Source: Lachnospiraceae bacterium (lineage in GTDB: Bacteria > Bacillota > Clostridia > Lachnospirales > Lachnospiraceae). From it: a stretch of 64,000 bases of DNA. The notes under the pieces were generated by a model. That model was not told the origin of the DNA, searched no databases, and saw nothing but the letters and a program-made list of their open reading frames with translations. This document shows positions 29,741-38,058 of the stretch, in pieces. The number at the start of each line of letters is the position of its first letter. Position 1 is the first letter of the stretch. Made by a program: the position numbers and the translations under genes. The DNA lies in contig JAFSIS010000074.1 in assembly GCA_017439665.1 (NCBI GenBank), forward strand, positions 3,632 to 67,631. Direction: 5' to 3'.

Positions 29741-30115
29741 ATGAACTCTTTATTTTTACTCATTATACTTTTTTGCTGCCAGGGCAGTTTTTTCGGATGT
29801 CGGGAATGCCGGGAAAATGATGACAGAAGTGGCAGATGTGATCGTGATGATCGTAGAAGAGACATCTCCTGGGGAAGAAACGACCGCCGTGGAAACAACT
29901 CCTGTGACTGTGATGACCGCTGGAAAAGCAACTCCTGTGACCGGGATGACCGCTGTGGAAACAACTCCTGTGACCAGGATGACCGACGGGGAAGCAATGC
30001 TTTTGACAGAGATGACCGTCGCGGAGGTTCTGCATGTCCGCCCCCGCCACCTATGGCCAGAGCCCAATTTCCTTATATGGAAAATGAACGAACCTGTGGC
30101 TGCGAAGAGCAGTAG
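29741..30115 (+). CDS. Cys/Asp/Arg-rich tandem-repeat protein with hydrophobic N-terminus, hypothetical
   Basis: RBS AAGGGAG 8 nt before the ATG. Hydrophobic N-terminus MNSLFLLIILFCCQGSFFG. 11-aa repeats (GNNSCDCDDRW / KSNSCDRDDRC / GNNSCDQDDRR / GSNAFDRDDRR). A strong terminator starts 6 nt after the stop. Other frames are open here only because the repeat lacks stops. Confidence 0.6.
   Translation: MNSLFLLIILFCCQGSFFGCRECRENDDRSGRCDRDDRRRDISWGRNDRRGNNSCDCDDRWKSNSCDRDDRCGNNSCDQDDRRGSNAFDRDDRRGGSACPPPPPMARAQFPYMENERTCGCEEQ
29828..30037 (+). repeat. in-frame 33-nt (11-codon) tandem repeat, 4 good copies plus degenerate flanking copies
   Basis: GGAAACAACTCCTGTGACTGTGATGACCGCTGG (29891-29923), then AAAAGCAACTCCTGTGACCGGGATGACCGCTGT, GGAAACAACTCCTGTGACCAGGATGACCGACGG and GGAAGCAATGCTTTTGACAGAGATGACCGTCGC. 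Confidence 0.85.
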
Positions 30116-30120
30116 TCCCC

Positions 30121-30148
30121 AAAAGCCTGTTTTTACAGGCTTTTTTTA
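30121..30148 (+). terminator. rho-independent terminator after the Cys-rich repeat gene
   Basis: AAAAGCCTGT-TTTT-ACAGGCTTTT followed by a T-run. Confidence 0.8.
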
Positions 30149-30175
30149 TGCTCACAAGAATAGTGAAAAAAACAG

Positions 30176-30204
30176 TTGCATCCATATCGAACATATGATA
30201 TAGT
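30176..30204 (+). promoter_or_regulatory. sigma-A-like promoter of the three-gene hypothetical operon
   Basis: TTGCAT, 17-nt spacer, TGaTATAGT (extended -10). About 195 nt upstream of the first start codon. Confidence 0.5.
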
Positions 30205-30241
30205 TCATATACAACTAACATACAGTTCTTTTACTTATCTG

Positions 30242-30309
30242 CTGAGTATTATACTCAGTCACGCACAGGATCTTCCTGTGTCAGAAGCCCATCGGGCTTT
30301 CCATTTTTT
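30242..30309 (+). promoter_or_regulatory. structured 5' leader: three consecutive hairpins, the last terminator-like
   Basis: CTGAGTA-TTA-TACTCAG (30242-30258). CACAGGA-TCT-TCCTGTG (30264-30280). GAAGCCC-ATC-GGGCTTT followed by CCATTTTTT (30284-30309). Confidence 0.4.
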
Positions 30310-30398
30310 AAATTCCAGTTTAAACAGAAGGGAGGTATTGCATGAAGAGGTAATATGACTATTGACCATAATATGATTAAAAAAGAAAAGGAGATTTT

Positions 30399-31067
30399 AT
30401 GAGAGGAAGAAAAATTATCAGTTTGATCCTGACTATTGCCACTTTGATTTTTATTATTGCCTGCCTGATGTTTTATAATGCCAATCAGAGCTATAAGGCA
30501 GAAAGGGGAATTGAGGAGGCGATTAAAGCTTACTCCGCATCCATGGATGAGGGTGAGATAAAGGTCTTAACCAGGGAGATCAATGATGCAGTAGAAAAGA
30601 AGTTAAGTGAGATGAATGCACAGGATTTAACCGAGGAGGATTTAAAGGAGTTACTGGAAACGGTAATTAAAGAGTTGGAAACCAGCACTGTGGAGTATCG
30701 GGACAGGGATATAACCCAGGAAGAGATTAATAACATTGCCAATGAAGTAATCAAGAAAATTATTGATTTAAAGATCACTCCCACTAATGAAGATGAACTG
30801 GCTAAGCTGGAGGCTTATAAGCTTCAGCTGGATCAGATTACCAATCTTCATCAGGATCTGTCCACAAAGCTGATACAGGCACGAACAGATATTTCGAATC
30901 TGGAAAAACGGATCAGTGAACTGGAAAAAGCGTTGAAGGACAGGCTTGCGGACATAGAAAGCAGGGCATCCCAAATGGAAGAGAAAACGGCTTCTATTGA
31001 AGGAAATGCACTCTATTATGAATATGATCAGGATACGCAGACCCTGAAAGTGTATGGAAAGAAGTAG
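30399..31067 (+). CDS. membrane-anchored coiled-coil protein, hypothetical
   Basis: RBS AAAGGAG. N-terminal TM helix IISLILTIATLIFIIACLMFY. The remainder is charged, heptad-like helix (SNLEKRISELEKALKDRLADIESR). Confidence 0.7.
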   Translation: MRGRKIISLILTIATLIFIIACLMFYNANQSYKAERGIEEAIKAYSASMDEGEIKVLTREINDAVEKKLSEMNAQDLTEEDLKELLETVIKELETSTVEYRDRDITQEEINNIANEVIKKIIDLKITPTNEDELAKLEAYKLQLDQITNLHQDLSTKLIQARTDISNLEKRISELEKALKDRLADIESRASQMEEKTASIEGNALYYEYDQDTQTLKVYGKK

Positions 31068-31094
31068 GAAGAATGAGTAGAGGAGGAAAAGTAC

Positions 31095-31379
31095 ATGAGA
31101 ATGCGTAATTATCTTATTGCCGGTTTGACTGCTTTATGTATCGTTACTTTAACAGAGGGAAAAGCTCTTACCGTGCAGGCAGATGGATCCACTGATATGA
31201 AAAGCCGTGGTATTTTTTCTTTCGATAATGGTACACCGGAGGATACCTCCGATGATATGTGTTTTCATTCTGATGATATTATTTTATTGGAAAAGAGGAT
31301 AAAAGAAATAGAAGGGAAAATAGCAGAAACAGAAGAAAGGTTGAATTTATCAACAACAACTGAATCACAAGGAGGATGA
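31095..31379 (+). CDS. small secreted protein, hypothetical (paralogous N-module with next gene)
   Basis: RBS GAGGAGGAAAAGTAC before the ATG. Signal peptide ending TVQA. Mature part DMKSRGIFSFDNGTPEDTSDDMCFHSDDIILLEKRIKEIEGKI. Confidence 0.65.
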   Translation: MRMRNYLIAGLTALCIVTLTEGKALTVQADGSTDMKSRGIFSFDNGTPEDTSDDMCFHSDDIILLEKRIKEIEGKIAETEERLNLSTTTESQGG

Positions 31380-32386
31380 TGATGAATAAGAAACGATTTT
31401 TGGGTAATACACTGGCCATTGTATTGGTGTTGGCCGGAGTATCTGCCTACTCAGTCCATGCAGCAACAGATTTTAAAAGTAGTGGACGCCTGGAATATAA
31501 TAACGGAACCTCGGATAATCCTGGAGATGATGTGATTTTTGATTCTTCAGACCTAAAGATGCTGGATACATCAATTATTGCCTTAGATGGCCGGATCAGT
31601 AATATTTCATCCAGGGTAAATGAAGGGTTGCAGGATATTATTGATGCCATAGATGACTATCCGGATGTTGATCTTGATAAAGGTAATTCTGATCCTGCAG
31701 GTAGTGGTGAGAGTGATGGTACAGCAGGAACAACACCTTCTTTTGAGCAGATTGTAGAGGCGATCAGAAATATAACTACACTTCCGACAGATACATATTT
31801 TTATGAAAATGGAACAGAAGGAAATGCCAACATTGCCCGATTTAAAAAAGTGGATGGAAAATATTATCCCTGTGATGCCCACGGAGAGATTGCACAGGAT
31901 GCTGCTGAAGCAGACGTAAGTCAGAAAACACTCATTGATTATACTGCGGCTGGGGCAGGAAATATCAGTGCCGGATATGCCGGATATGCCGATGGAAACC
32001 TGCATTTGGGAGATGGTTCCGATAATAAAGCTTTCTATGAGCAAATGAAAGAGGTTGTGGATACATCCAGCGCATCCTATCTTGCAGCCAAAACGGGTCT
32101 TGTTGCATTCACCAACGGTGCTAATGATCATTCAGTTTCAGCGGTACTTGCACCGGGAACCTATGACGTAAAAGCTGTAATAAAAGATTTTATCAATTAT
32201 GGTGCACGTGCATCTTATACGGTGGGGGGGAAGAGCGAACTTCTGGATCCTGGTAATATTGATGATGGAGTATATTATTATGAAAGAACCTTCACAATAT
32301 CTGAACCTACTACAGTCACCTTGTTTGTATCTGGTTCAAATAATATGGGCATGCATCATGCTTGCATCGCCTGTGCAAAACGATAA
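31376..32386 (+). CDS. secreted protein, hypothetical (N-module paralogous to the 94-aa protein plus a larger C-terminal domain)
   Basis: ATG overlaps the preceding TGA (ATGA). RBS AAGGAGG. Signal peptide ending SVHA. Mature N-terminus DFKSSGRLEYNNGTSDNPGDDVIFDSSDLKMLDTSIIALDGRI. Two hairpins follow the stop. Confidence 0.7.
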   Translation: MMMNKKRFLGNTLAIVLVLAGVSAYSVHAATDFKSSGRLEYNNGTSDNPGDDVIFDSSDLKMLDTSIIALDGRISNISSRVNEGLQDIIDAIDDYPDVDLDKGNSDPAGSGESDGTAGTTPSFEQIVEAIRNITTLPTDTYFYENGTEGNANIARFKKVDGKYYPCDAHGEIAQDAAEADVSQKTLIDYTAAGAGNISAGYAGYADGNLHLGDGSDNKAFYEQMKEVVDTSSASYLAAKTGLVAFTNGANDHSVSAVLAPGTYDVKAVIKDFINYGARASYTVGGKSELLDPGNIDDGVYYYERTFTISEPTTVTLFVSGSNNMGMHHACIACAKR

Positions 32387-32400
32387 CTAATAGAAATCCA

Positions 32401-32463
32401 TACCGTCCCTTGTCAGGGGACGGTAACCAGGAGCGATAGAGAATGTCTTTATCGCTCCTTTTA
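32401..32463 (+). terminator. tandem hairpins terminating the three-gene operon
   Basis: TACCGTCCCT/GGGGACGGTA hairpin, then GGAGCGATA/TATCGCTCC followed by TTTTAT. Confidence 0.7.
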
Positions 32464-32523
32464 TCGTAGAAGGGAATGAAAACACTTCTTAATCTCATGT
32501 AGGGTATAAATCGAGAACCTTTC

Positions 32524-32553
32524 TTGACGCGACATACATGAGAATGCTACACT
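32524..32553 (+). promoter_or_regulatory. sigma-A-like promoter of trpS
   Basis: TTGACG, 18-nt spacer, TGcTACACT. Confidence 0.4.
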
Positions 32554-32590
32554 GTTAAAAGTGTATTTGAAAGAAGATGGAGGAATTGTG

Positions 32591-33595
32591 ATGATTGACG
32601 GAAAGAAGGTTCTGTTCAGTGGTATGCAGGCAACCGGTAACCTTACTTTAGGAAACTATCTGGGTGCGCTGAAAAACTGGCTTACCTTAAGTGATGAATA
32701 TGAGTGCTTTTATTCGGTAGTGGATCTGCATTCCATTACAGTAAGGCAGGAACCGGCGGAGTTGAGAAAAAGGGCAAGAAATCTGCTTACCCTGTATATT
32801 GCGGCGGGATTGGATCCGAAAAAAAACTGTATTTATTATCAGTCCCATGTTTCGGGGCATGCCCAGTTATCCTGGATACTGAACTGCTTTACTTATATGG
32901 GTGAATTGAATCGAATGACTCAGTTTAAGGATAAGGCGGCTAAACATGCAGATAATATCAATGCCGGATTATTTACCTATCCGGTACTGATGGCGGCAGA
33001 CATCCTTCTTTTTCAGGCGGATGTTGTTCCTGTAGGAAAGGACCAGCTTCAGCATCTGGAGATCACCAGGGATATCGCCCAGAGGTTTAATGCCATTTAT
33101 GGAGATGTGTTTACCATTCCTGAGCCCTATGTAGGTAAGACGGGAGCGAAGATCATGAGCCTTCAGGATCCCTTGAAGAAGATGAGTAAGTCGGATGAAA
33201 ATCCCAATGCAAGCATTCTGCTGATGGATGATGAGGATACCATAATTCGTAAATTTAAACGGGCAGTGACAGACTCTGAGGCTTGTATCTGTTACCGGGA
33301 TGAACAGCCGGGAATTAAAAATCTTCTGGATATTTACTGTACCTGCACCAATAAGAGTACAGAGGAGGCAGTTAAAGAGTTTCAAGGTAAGGGTTATGGA
33401 GAGTTTAAGCTGGCAGTGGGTGAAGCGGTAGTTTCCGTATTGAAACCTATCCAGGAAGAATTCAACCGCTTATCCAAAGATAAAGCCTATATTGATGGAA
33501 TTATTAAGGAAAATGCTGATAAGGCAGGCTACTTTGCCAATAAAACACTGCGCAAGGTAGAGAAAAAGGTAGGCTTTCCGGAAAGAATCCGATAG
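32591..33595 (+). CDS. trpS: tryptophan--tRNA ligase
   Basis: ATG 32591 follows GGAGGAATTGTG. FSGMQATGNLTLGNYLGA (HIGH-type) and KMSKS present. Confidence 0.93.
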   Translation: MIDGKKVLFSGMQATGNLTLGNYLGALKNWLTLSDEYECFYSVVDLHSITVRQEPAELRKRARNLLTLYIAAGLDPKKNCIYYQSHVSGHAQLSWILNCFTYMGELNRMTQFKDKAAKHADNINAGLFTYPVLMAADILLFQADVVPVGKDQLQHLEITRDIAQRFNAIYGDVFTIPEPYVGKTGAKIMSLQDPLKKMSKSDENPNASILLMDDEDTIIRKFKRAVTDSEACICYRDEQPGIKNLLDIYCTCTNKSTEEAVKEFQGKGYGEFKLAVGEAVVSVLKPIQEEFNRLSKDKAYIDGIIKENADKAGYFANKTLRKVEKKVGFPERIR

Positions 33596-33622
33596 AATTT
33601 AAGAGAATAGAGAATAAAGAAG

Positions 33623-33680
33623 AAGACCGATGCTAAAGCCTGTTTTTATGAGACAGGGAGGGCATCGGTCTTTTATTTTT
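33623..33680. terminator. bidirectional terminator between trpS and the pot operon
   Basis: AAGACCGATGC/GCATCGGTCTT stem followed by TTTTATTTTT. Confidence 0.7.
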
Positions 33681-33687
33681 GAAAGCT

Positions 33688-35571
33688 TTATTGGGATTTA
33701 ACTTCCTTCCAAAGGTCGTTATATAAGGAATCTCCCTCTTCACCCAGATAATCATAGGTTTCCAGATGATCATACAGGCTAAGATCGGGAAAAGCAATGT
33801 CGGAGTTTCGGATATCCTCATCCTCGATCAACTCTCTGGCTGCATCGTTGGGAGTAGAGTAGGTAATATACTCAAAATTCAGGAGGGCAATGTCCGGCCG
33901 GCACATATAGTCGATAAAAATTTCTGCATTTTCTTTATTCTGTGCAGTTTTTGGGATTACCCAGGAATCGATCCATACATTGGTGCCTTCCTGGGGAATA
34001 ACGTATTCCAGATCAGGATTTTCCCGCTGGGTATAGATGGCTTCACCGGAATAGATCACACCCAGGGCAGCTTCTCCACCAATCATCTTGTCTCTTACCT
34101 GGTCTACTACATAAGCCTGTACCACAGGACGCTGTTCGATCAGAAGATCTCTGGCTTCCTTAAGTTCGTCTTCATCCATGGAATTCATAGAATAGCCCTT
34201 TAGTTTTAAGGCTACCATAAAGGCATCTCTTACCGAATCCTGCATTAAAATGTTGTTGCTGTACTGTTCATCCCAGAGGATGGACCAGCTGTCTACAGGC
34301 TCTGTCACCATGGTTTTATTGTAAAGGATACCTACGGTTCCCCAGCAATAGGGAACCGAATACTTATTTTTCGGATCAAAGCCTTTTGACTGTTCATAAT
34401 ATTGCTGGCCGATATTGACAGCATTGGGAATGTTGTCGAAGTCAATTTCCATCAGCATATCATTTTCAATGAGTTTTTCGATCATATAGTCCGAAGGACA
34501 GAGAACGTCGTAGGCTGAAGTTCCTGCTGCCACTTTGGGAAACATGATTTCGTTGGTCTCGTATTCATCATAAATGACCTGAATTCCGGTTTCAGCTTCA
34601 AACATTTCAATGACCTCGGGATCCAGATATTCTCCCCAGTTATAAACGATTACCTGCTGTACCTCAGGCTCTTTAATCCGGGACATACCCAGAAAAATTC
34701 CGCTTCCCGTCAAAAGCAGAAGAAAACCGGCAGAAGCATACCGAAATCCGGGCTTTTGCGTAAGCTGATACAGACCTTTCTGCCTTCCCGGGCTTTTTTC
34801 AGGAGAAGGGGTCTTATTGACCAGAAGAAGCAGCACCAGCACGGTAATAAAAATAATGGTAGAAAGGGCATACATTTCCGGCTTGATCCCTTTTTTTACT
34901 TCCGTATAAATTTTGGTAGACAGAGTATCTACTCCGGGACCCTTGGTAAAGTGGGTGATGATAAAATCGTCCAGAGACATGGTGAAGGCCATCAGAAAGC
35001 CGGACTGAATGGCCGGAAGAAGATCCGGAAGGACCACCTTGAACCATGCATTTACAGGAGAGGCTCCCAAATCCAGAGCGGCTTCATAAACACTGGGATT
35101 TAACTGTTTCATTCTGGGCATTACGCTCAAGATCACATAGGGAATATTGAAGGTAATGTGCGCCAGGAGAATGGTACCAAATCCGAACTTTAATCCCAGG
35201 CTGAGAAATAAAAGCATCAGAGAGATACCGGTTACAATATCGGCATTCAACATGGGAATGTTGGTGATTCCCATGACAACCGTGCGGCTTTTACGTTTCA
35301 TGCTGTTAATCGCGATGCAGGAAATGGTGCCGATTACAGTGGCGATCACAGAAGACAGTAAAGCGATTGCCAGTGTATTATAAAGAGCCTGTAAGATGGA
35401 TTCATTTTCAAATAGTGCCTTATACCAGTCCAGAGTAAAGCCACCCCATTTTGCCCGGCTTCTGGAGCTGTTGAAGGAGAGCACGATGAGGGTGATAATG
35501 GGGGCATAGAGGAAAAGCATGATTAAGGCAATATAGATCCTCCTTGCCTGAAGGGAAAAGAATTTTTTCAT
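33688..35571 (-). CDS. spermidine/putrescine ABC transporter permease (PotC-like) fused to a PotD-like substrate-binding domain
   Basis: Residues 1 to about 260 are a PotC-type permease (EAALDLGASP...). An extra TM helix (FRYASAGFLLLLTGSGIFLG) follows. The rest, about 340 aa, is a PotD-like binding domain (VIVYNWGEYLDPEVIEMFE...). Confidence 0.85.
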   Translation of the reverse strand: MKKFFSLQARRIYIALIMLFLYAPIITLIVLSFNSSRSRAKWGGFTLDWYKALFENESILQALYNTLAIALLSSVIATVIGTISCIAINSMKRKSRTVVMGITNIPMLNADIVTGISLMLLFLSLGLKFGFGTILLAHITFNIPYVILSVMPRMKQLNPSVYEAALDLGASPVNAWFKVVLPDLLPAIQSGFLMAFTMSLDDFIITHFTKGPGVDTLSTKIYTEVKKGIKPEMYALSTIIFITVLVLLLLVNKTPSPEKSPGRQKGLYQLTQKPGFRYASAGFLLLLTGSGIFLGMSRIKEPEVQQVIVYNWGEYLDPEVIEMFEAETGIQVIYDEYETNEIMFPKVAAGTSAYDVLCPSDYMIEKLIENDMLMEIDFDNIPNAVNIGQQYYEQSKGFDPKNKYSVPYCWGTVGILYNKTMVTEPVDSWSILWDEQYSNNILMQDSVRDAFMVALKLKGYSMNSMDEDELKEARDLLIEQRPVVQAYVVDQVRDKMIGGEAALGVIYSGEAIYTQRENPDLEYVIPQEGTNVWIDSWVIPKTAQNKENAEIFIDYMCRPDIALLNFEYITYSTPNDAARELIEDEDIRNSDIAFPDLSLYDHLETYDYLGEEGDSLYNDLWKEVKSQ

Positions 35572-36386
35572 TATAAGGAGCCCTCCCCATCTTTATCCAA
35601 AATAGCAGAGACTACCATGCTGATCAGGATGAAAACCATCAATACCAGAGAAAGTCCGCTTCCCACATGCCAGTTGGAGGCCTGGGTAAATTCCTGCTCA
35701 ATAACGTTGCCAATAAGAAGGATTTTTCCGCCTCCCAGAATATTGCTGATTACAAATGTGGTAAGAGCGGGGATGAATACCATACTGATTCCGCTGATCA
35801 CTCCGGGAAGGGAGAGAGGCAAGATAATCCTGAAAAAAGTCTGGATGCCGTTGGCCCCCAGATCCCGGGCTGCATTGATGACATTTTTGTCAATCTTGCA
35901 CAGGGCATTATAAATTGGCAGTACCATAAAAGGGAGGAAATTATAAACCATTCCCAAAACAATGGCATAGGGAGTATTGATAATTTCCAGAGAAGGAAGG
36001 TGGAAAAAGGTGAGGATATTATTGATCACACCCGTCTTTTCCAAAAGGGTCTGCCAGGCCAGAGTACGCAGCAAAAAATTCATCCACATAGGAAGAATAA
36101 AGATCAATACAATGAAACTGTGCTGATTTTTGTTCATCCCTGCCAGGATTGAAGCCAGTGGATAGGCAAAGATCAGGCAGAGGATGGTGCTGATCAGGGA
36201 TAAAAGCAGGGATAGTCCCAGGGCTTTCATATGCTCAGGAGTAGAGACGGAAAGAACATTTTCCAGAGTGAAGGCTCCGGTTTTATCGGTAATCCCATAG
36301 TAGATCACCATACATAAGGGAATAATGATAAAGCAGACTGCCCAAAAGAGATATGGGCCGGAAAGCCATAATTTTTTCTTATTCAT
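35571..36386 (-). CDS. potB: spermidine/putrescine ABC transporter permease PotB-like
   Basis: Polytopic permease with AARDLGANG in the EAA loop. ATG 36386 overlaps the potA stop region. Its stop overlaps the next start (TAATG). Confidence 0.88.
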   Translation of the reverse strand: MNKKKLWLSGPYLFWAVCFIIIPLCMVIYYGITDKTGAFTLENVLSVSTPEHMKALGLSLLLSLISTILCLIFAYPLASILAGMNKNQHSFIVLIFILPMWMNFLLRTLAWQTLLEKTGVINNILTFFHLPSLEIINTPYAIVLGMVYNFLPFMVLPIYNALCKIDKNVINAARDLGANGIQTFFRIILPLSLPGVISGISMVFIPALTTFVISNILGGGKILLIGNVIEQEFTQASNWHVGSGLSLVLMVFILISMVVSAILDKDGEGSL

Positions 36387-37452
36387 CGAATACCGCAACC
36401 TCCTCATCTTCCGATTCCGGTTTATTCATAATCTGGATATTAAAGGGATCAACGTGAATCCCTACCTTAGTTCCCACAGGGACGAGAATGGTGGAATGAA
36501 CCAGCCATTCAAAGCCGTTTGCCAGAACTTCCATCTCATAGTGGACCCCTTTAAAGATTAAATGGGTAACTACACCTTCGATGGTTCCTTTCTCAGGGGC
36601 CACCAGTTCTATATCCTCGGGACGGATAACTACATCGACAGGAGTATTGGTGCCAAAGTCTATATCTACGCAGGCAAAGCGGGTACCCAGGATTTCCACC
36701 AGTTCGTCCTGCACCATAATGGCATCAATAATATTGCTGTCACCGATAAAGTCTGCCACAAAGGCATTTTCCGGCTCGTTATAGATGTCTTCGGGAGTAC
36801 CGATCTGCTGGATATAGCCCTGGTTCATAACCACGACGGTGTCCGACATCGTCAGGGCCTCCTCCTGGTCATGAGTCACATAAATAAAGGTGATTCCCAG
36901 CTCATTTTTCAGGCGGATCAACTCATACTGCATATCCTGTCTCAGCTTTAGATCCAGGGCACCCAGAGGCTCATCCAGAAGAAGTACTTTAGGTTCGTTT
37001 ACGATGGCACGGGCAATGGCAATCCTTTGCTGCTGACCGCCGCTTAGGGAGTCCGGAGTACGGTTTTCATAACCATCCAGATTCACCAGTTTCAGGGCAT
37101 ATTTGATCTTATCATCGATATAAGCCTTGCTCTTGCCTTTGATCTTCAGACCAAAGGCAATATTCTGGGCAATGGTCATATGGGTAAAAAGAGCATATTT
37201 TTGAAATACCGTATTCAGCTGCCTCTTATTGGGAGGAAGATGGGAGATATCCTGTCCATCAAAACAGACGATTCCACGGTCTGCCTTTTCAAAACCTCCG
37301 ATGATTCGTAAGGTGGTGGTCTTTCCACAGCCACTGGGGCCCAAAAGAGTCAGAAATTCATTCTCCCTTATGTAGAGATTCATATCATCCAGAATCAGAT
37401 TGTCTCCATAGGATTTTGAAATATGTTGTAAATCAATCAATTTTGTACTCAT
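36379..37452 (-). CDS. potA: spermidine/putrescine ABC transporter ATP-binding protein
   Basis: Walker [10 protein letters not shown], signature LSGGQQQR, Walker B LLLDEP, and a C-terminal TOBE-like domain. Confidence 0.92.
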   Translation of the reverse strand: MSTKLIDLQHISKSYGDNLILDDMNLYIRENEFLTLLGPSGCGKTTTLRIIGGFEKADRGIVCFDGQDISHLPPNKRQLNTVFQKYALFTHMTIAQNIAFGLKIKGKSKAYIDDKIKYALKLVNLDGYENRTPDSLSGGQQQRIAIARAIVNEPKVLLLDEPLGALDLKLRQDMQYELIRLKNELGITFIYVTHDQEEALTMSDTVVVMNQGYIQQIGTPEDIYNEPENAFVADFIGDSNIIDAIMVQDELVEILGTRFACVDIDFGTNTPVDVVIRPEDIELVAPEKGTIEGVVTHLIFKGVHYEMEVLANGFEWLVHSTILVPVGTKVGIHVDPFNIQIMNKPESEDEEVAVFDE

Positions 37453-37509
37453 GACAATTACCTTCCTTCGGTATAAAGAATATAGAAAAAATCAATTCCT
37501 TGTTTTTGT

Positions 37510-38058
37510 TTAAAAGCTGGGGGGAGAGCTGATCCAGATCAGGGCAGCACCCGTTTTTGCTCCTGCTTCAATGAAATGGGTCGAATTGGGAATAAAATAA
37601 AAGGATTCTCCTTTTTTAGCCTTATATACCTTATTTCCAATATGAAGAAGAATACTCCCCGACAGTATATAGCCGAATTCTTCACCTTCATGGGGATTGT
37701 CCGGATAGGTCTGAGCTCCTGGCTCCAGTGTCAGTCGGATGGGCTCCATCAGATTTTTCTGAGCATTGGGAATGATCCATTCCGTCTTGGTCCGATAGTC
37801 GGTATCCAGTTTTTCAAAATAGTCTGAATCATGGAAGACTACCTGTCGTTCCTCCTCATGGGAGAAAAAATCACTTAAGCTTGTTCCTAAAACCTGGAGA
37901 ATATCGATGAGAGTAGCAATGGAAGGAGAAGTAAGATCCCTTTCCAGCTGGGAAATAAACCCCTTGGACAACTCAGCTCTGTCAGCCAGTTCCTCCTGAG
38001 TCAGCCCCATTTGTATGCGTAATTCTTTTATCCGGTTTCCGATTTCCATATAGTTCAC
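37510..38058 (-). CDS. XRE-family HTH transcriptional regulator with C-terminal cupin domain (PuuR-like)
   Basis: N-terminal HTH (IGNRIKELRIQMGLTQEELADRAELSKGFISQLER) and a cupin-like C-terminus. Heads the pot operon. Confidence 0.85.
   Translation of the reverse strand: MNYMEIGNRIKELRIQMGLTQEELADRAELSKGFISQLERDLTSPSIATLIDILQVLGTSLSDFFSHEEERQVVFHDSDYFEKLDTDYRTKTEWIIPNAQKNLMEPIRLTLEPGAQTYPDNPHEGEEFGYILSGSILLHIGNKVYKAKKGESFYFIPNSTHFIEAGAKTGAALIWISSPPSF

Noticed and set aside
29828-30037. Tandem repeats considered as a possible CRISPR array (also 54171-54242)
   Set aside because: The repeats are directly adjacent with no spacers, have periods of 33 and 24 nt, are in frame and lie inside ORFs. 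There are no cas genes in the window.
29650-30203. Four additional ORFs (115, 103 and 95 aa on minus, 128 aa on plus) overlapping the Cys-rich repeat gene
   Set aside because: They are open only because the 33-nt repeat lacks stop codons in several frames. None has an RBS. The +128-aa frame reads through the intrinsic terminator. The 29741-30115 frame alone has RBS, start and terminator in the right places.
32387-32590. Possible T-box leader upstream of trpS
   Set aside because: The predicted promoter leaves a leader of only about 35 nt. The upstream hairpins are terminators of the preceding operon. No T-box consensus sequence is visible.
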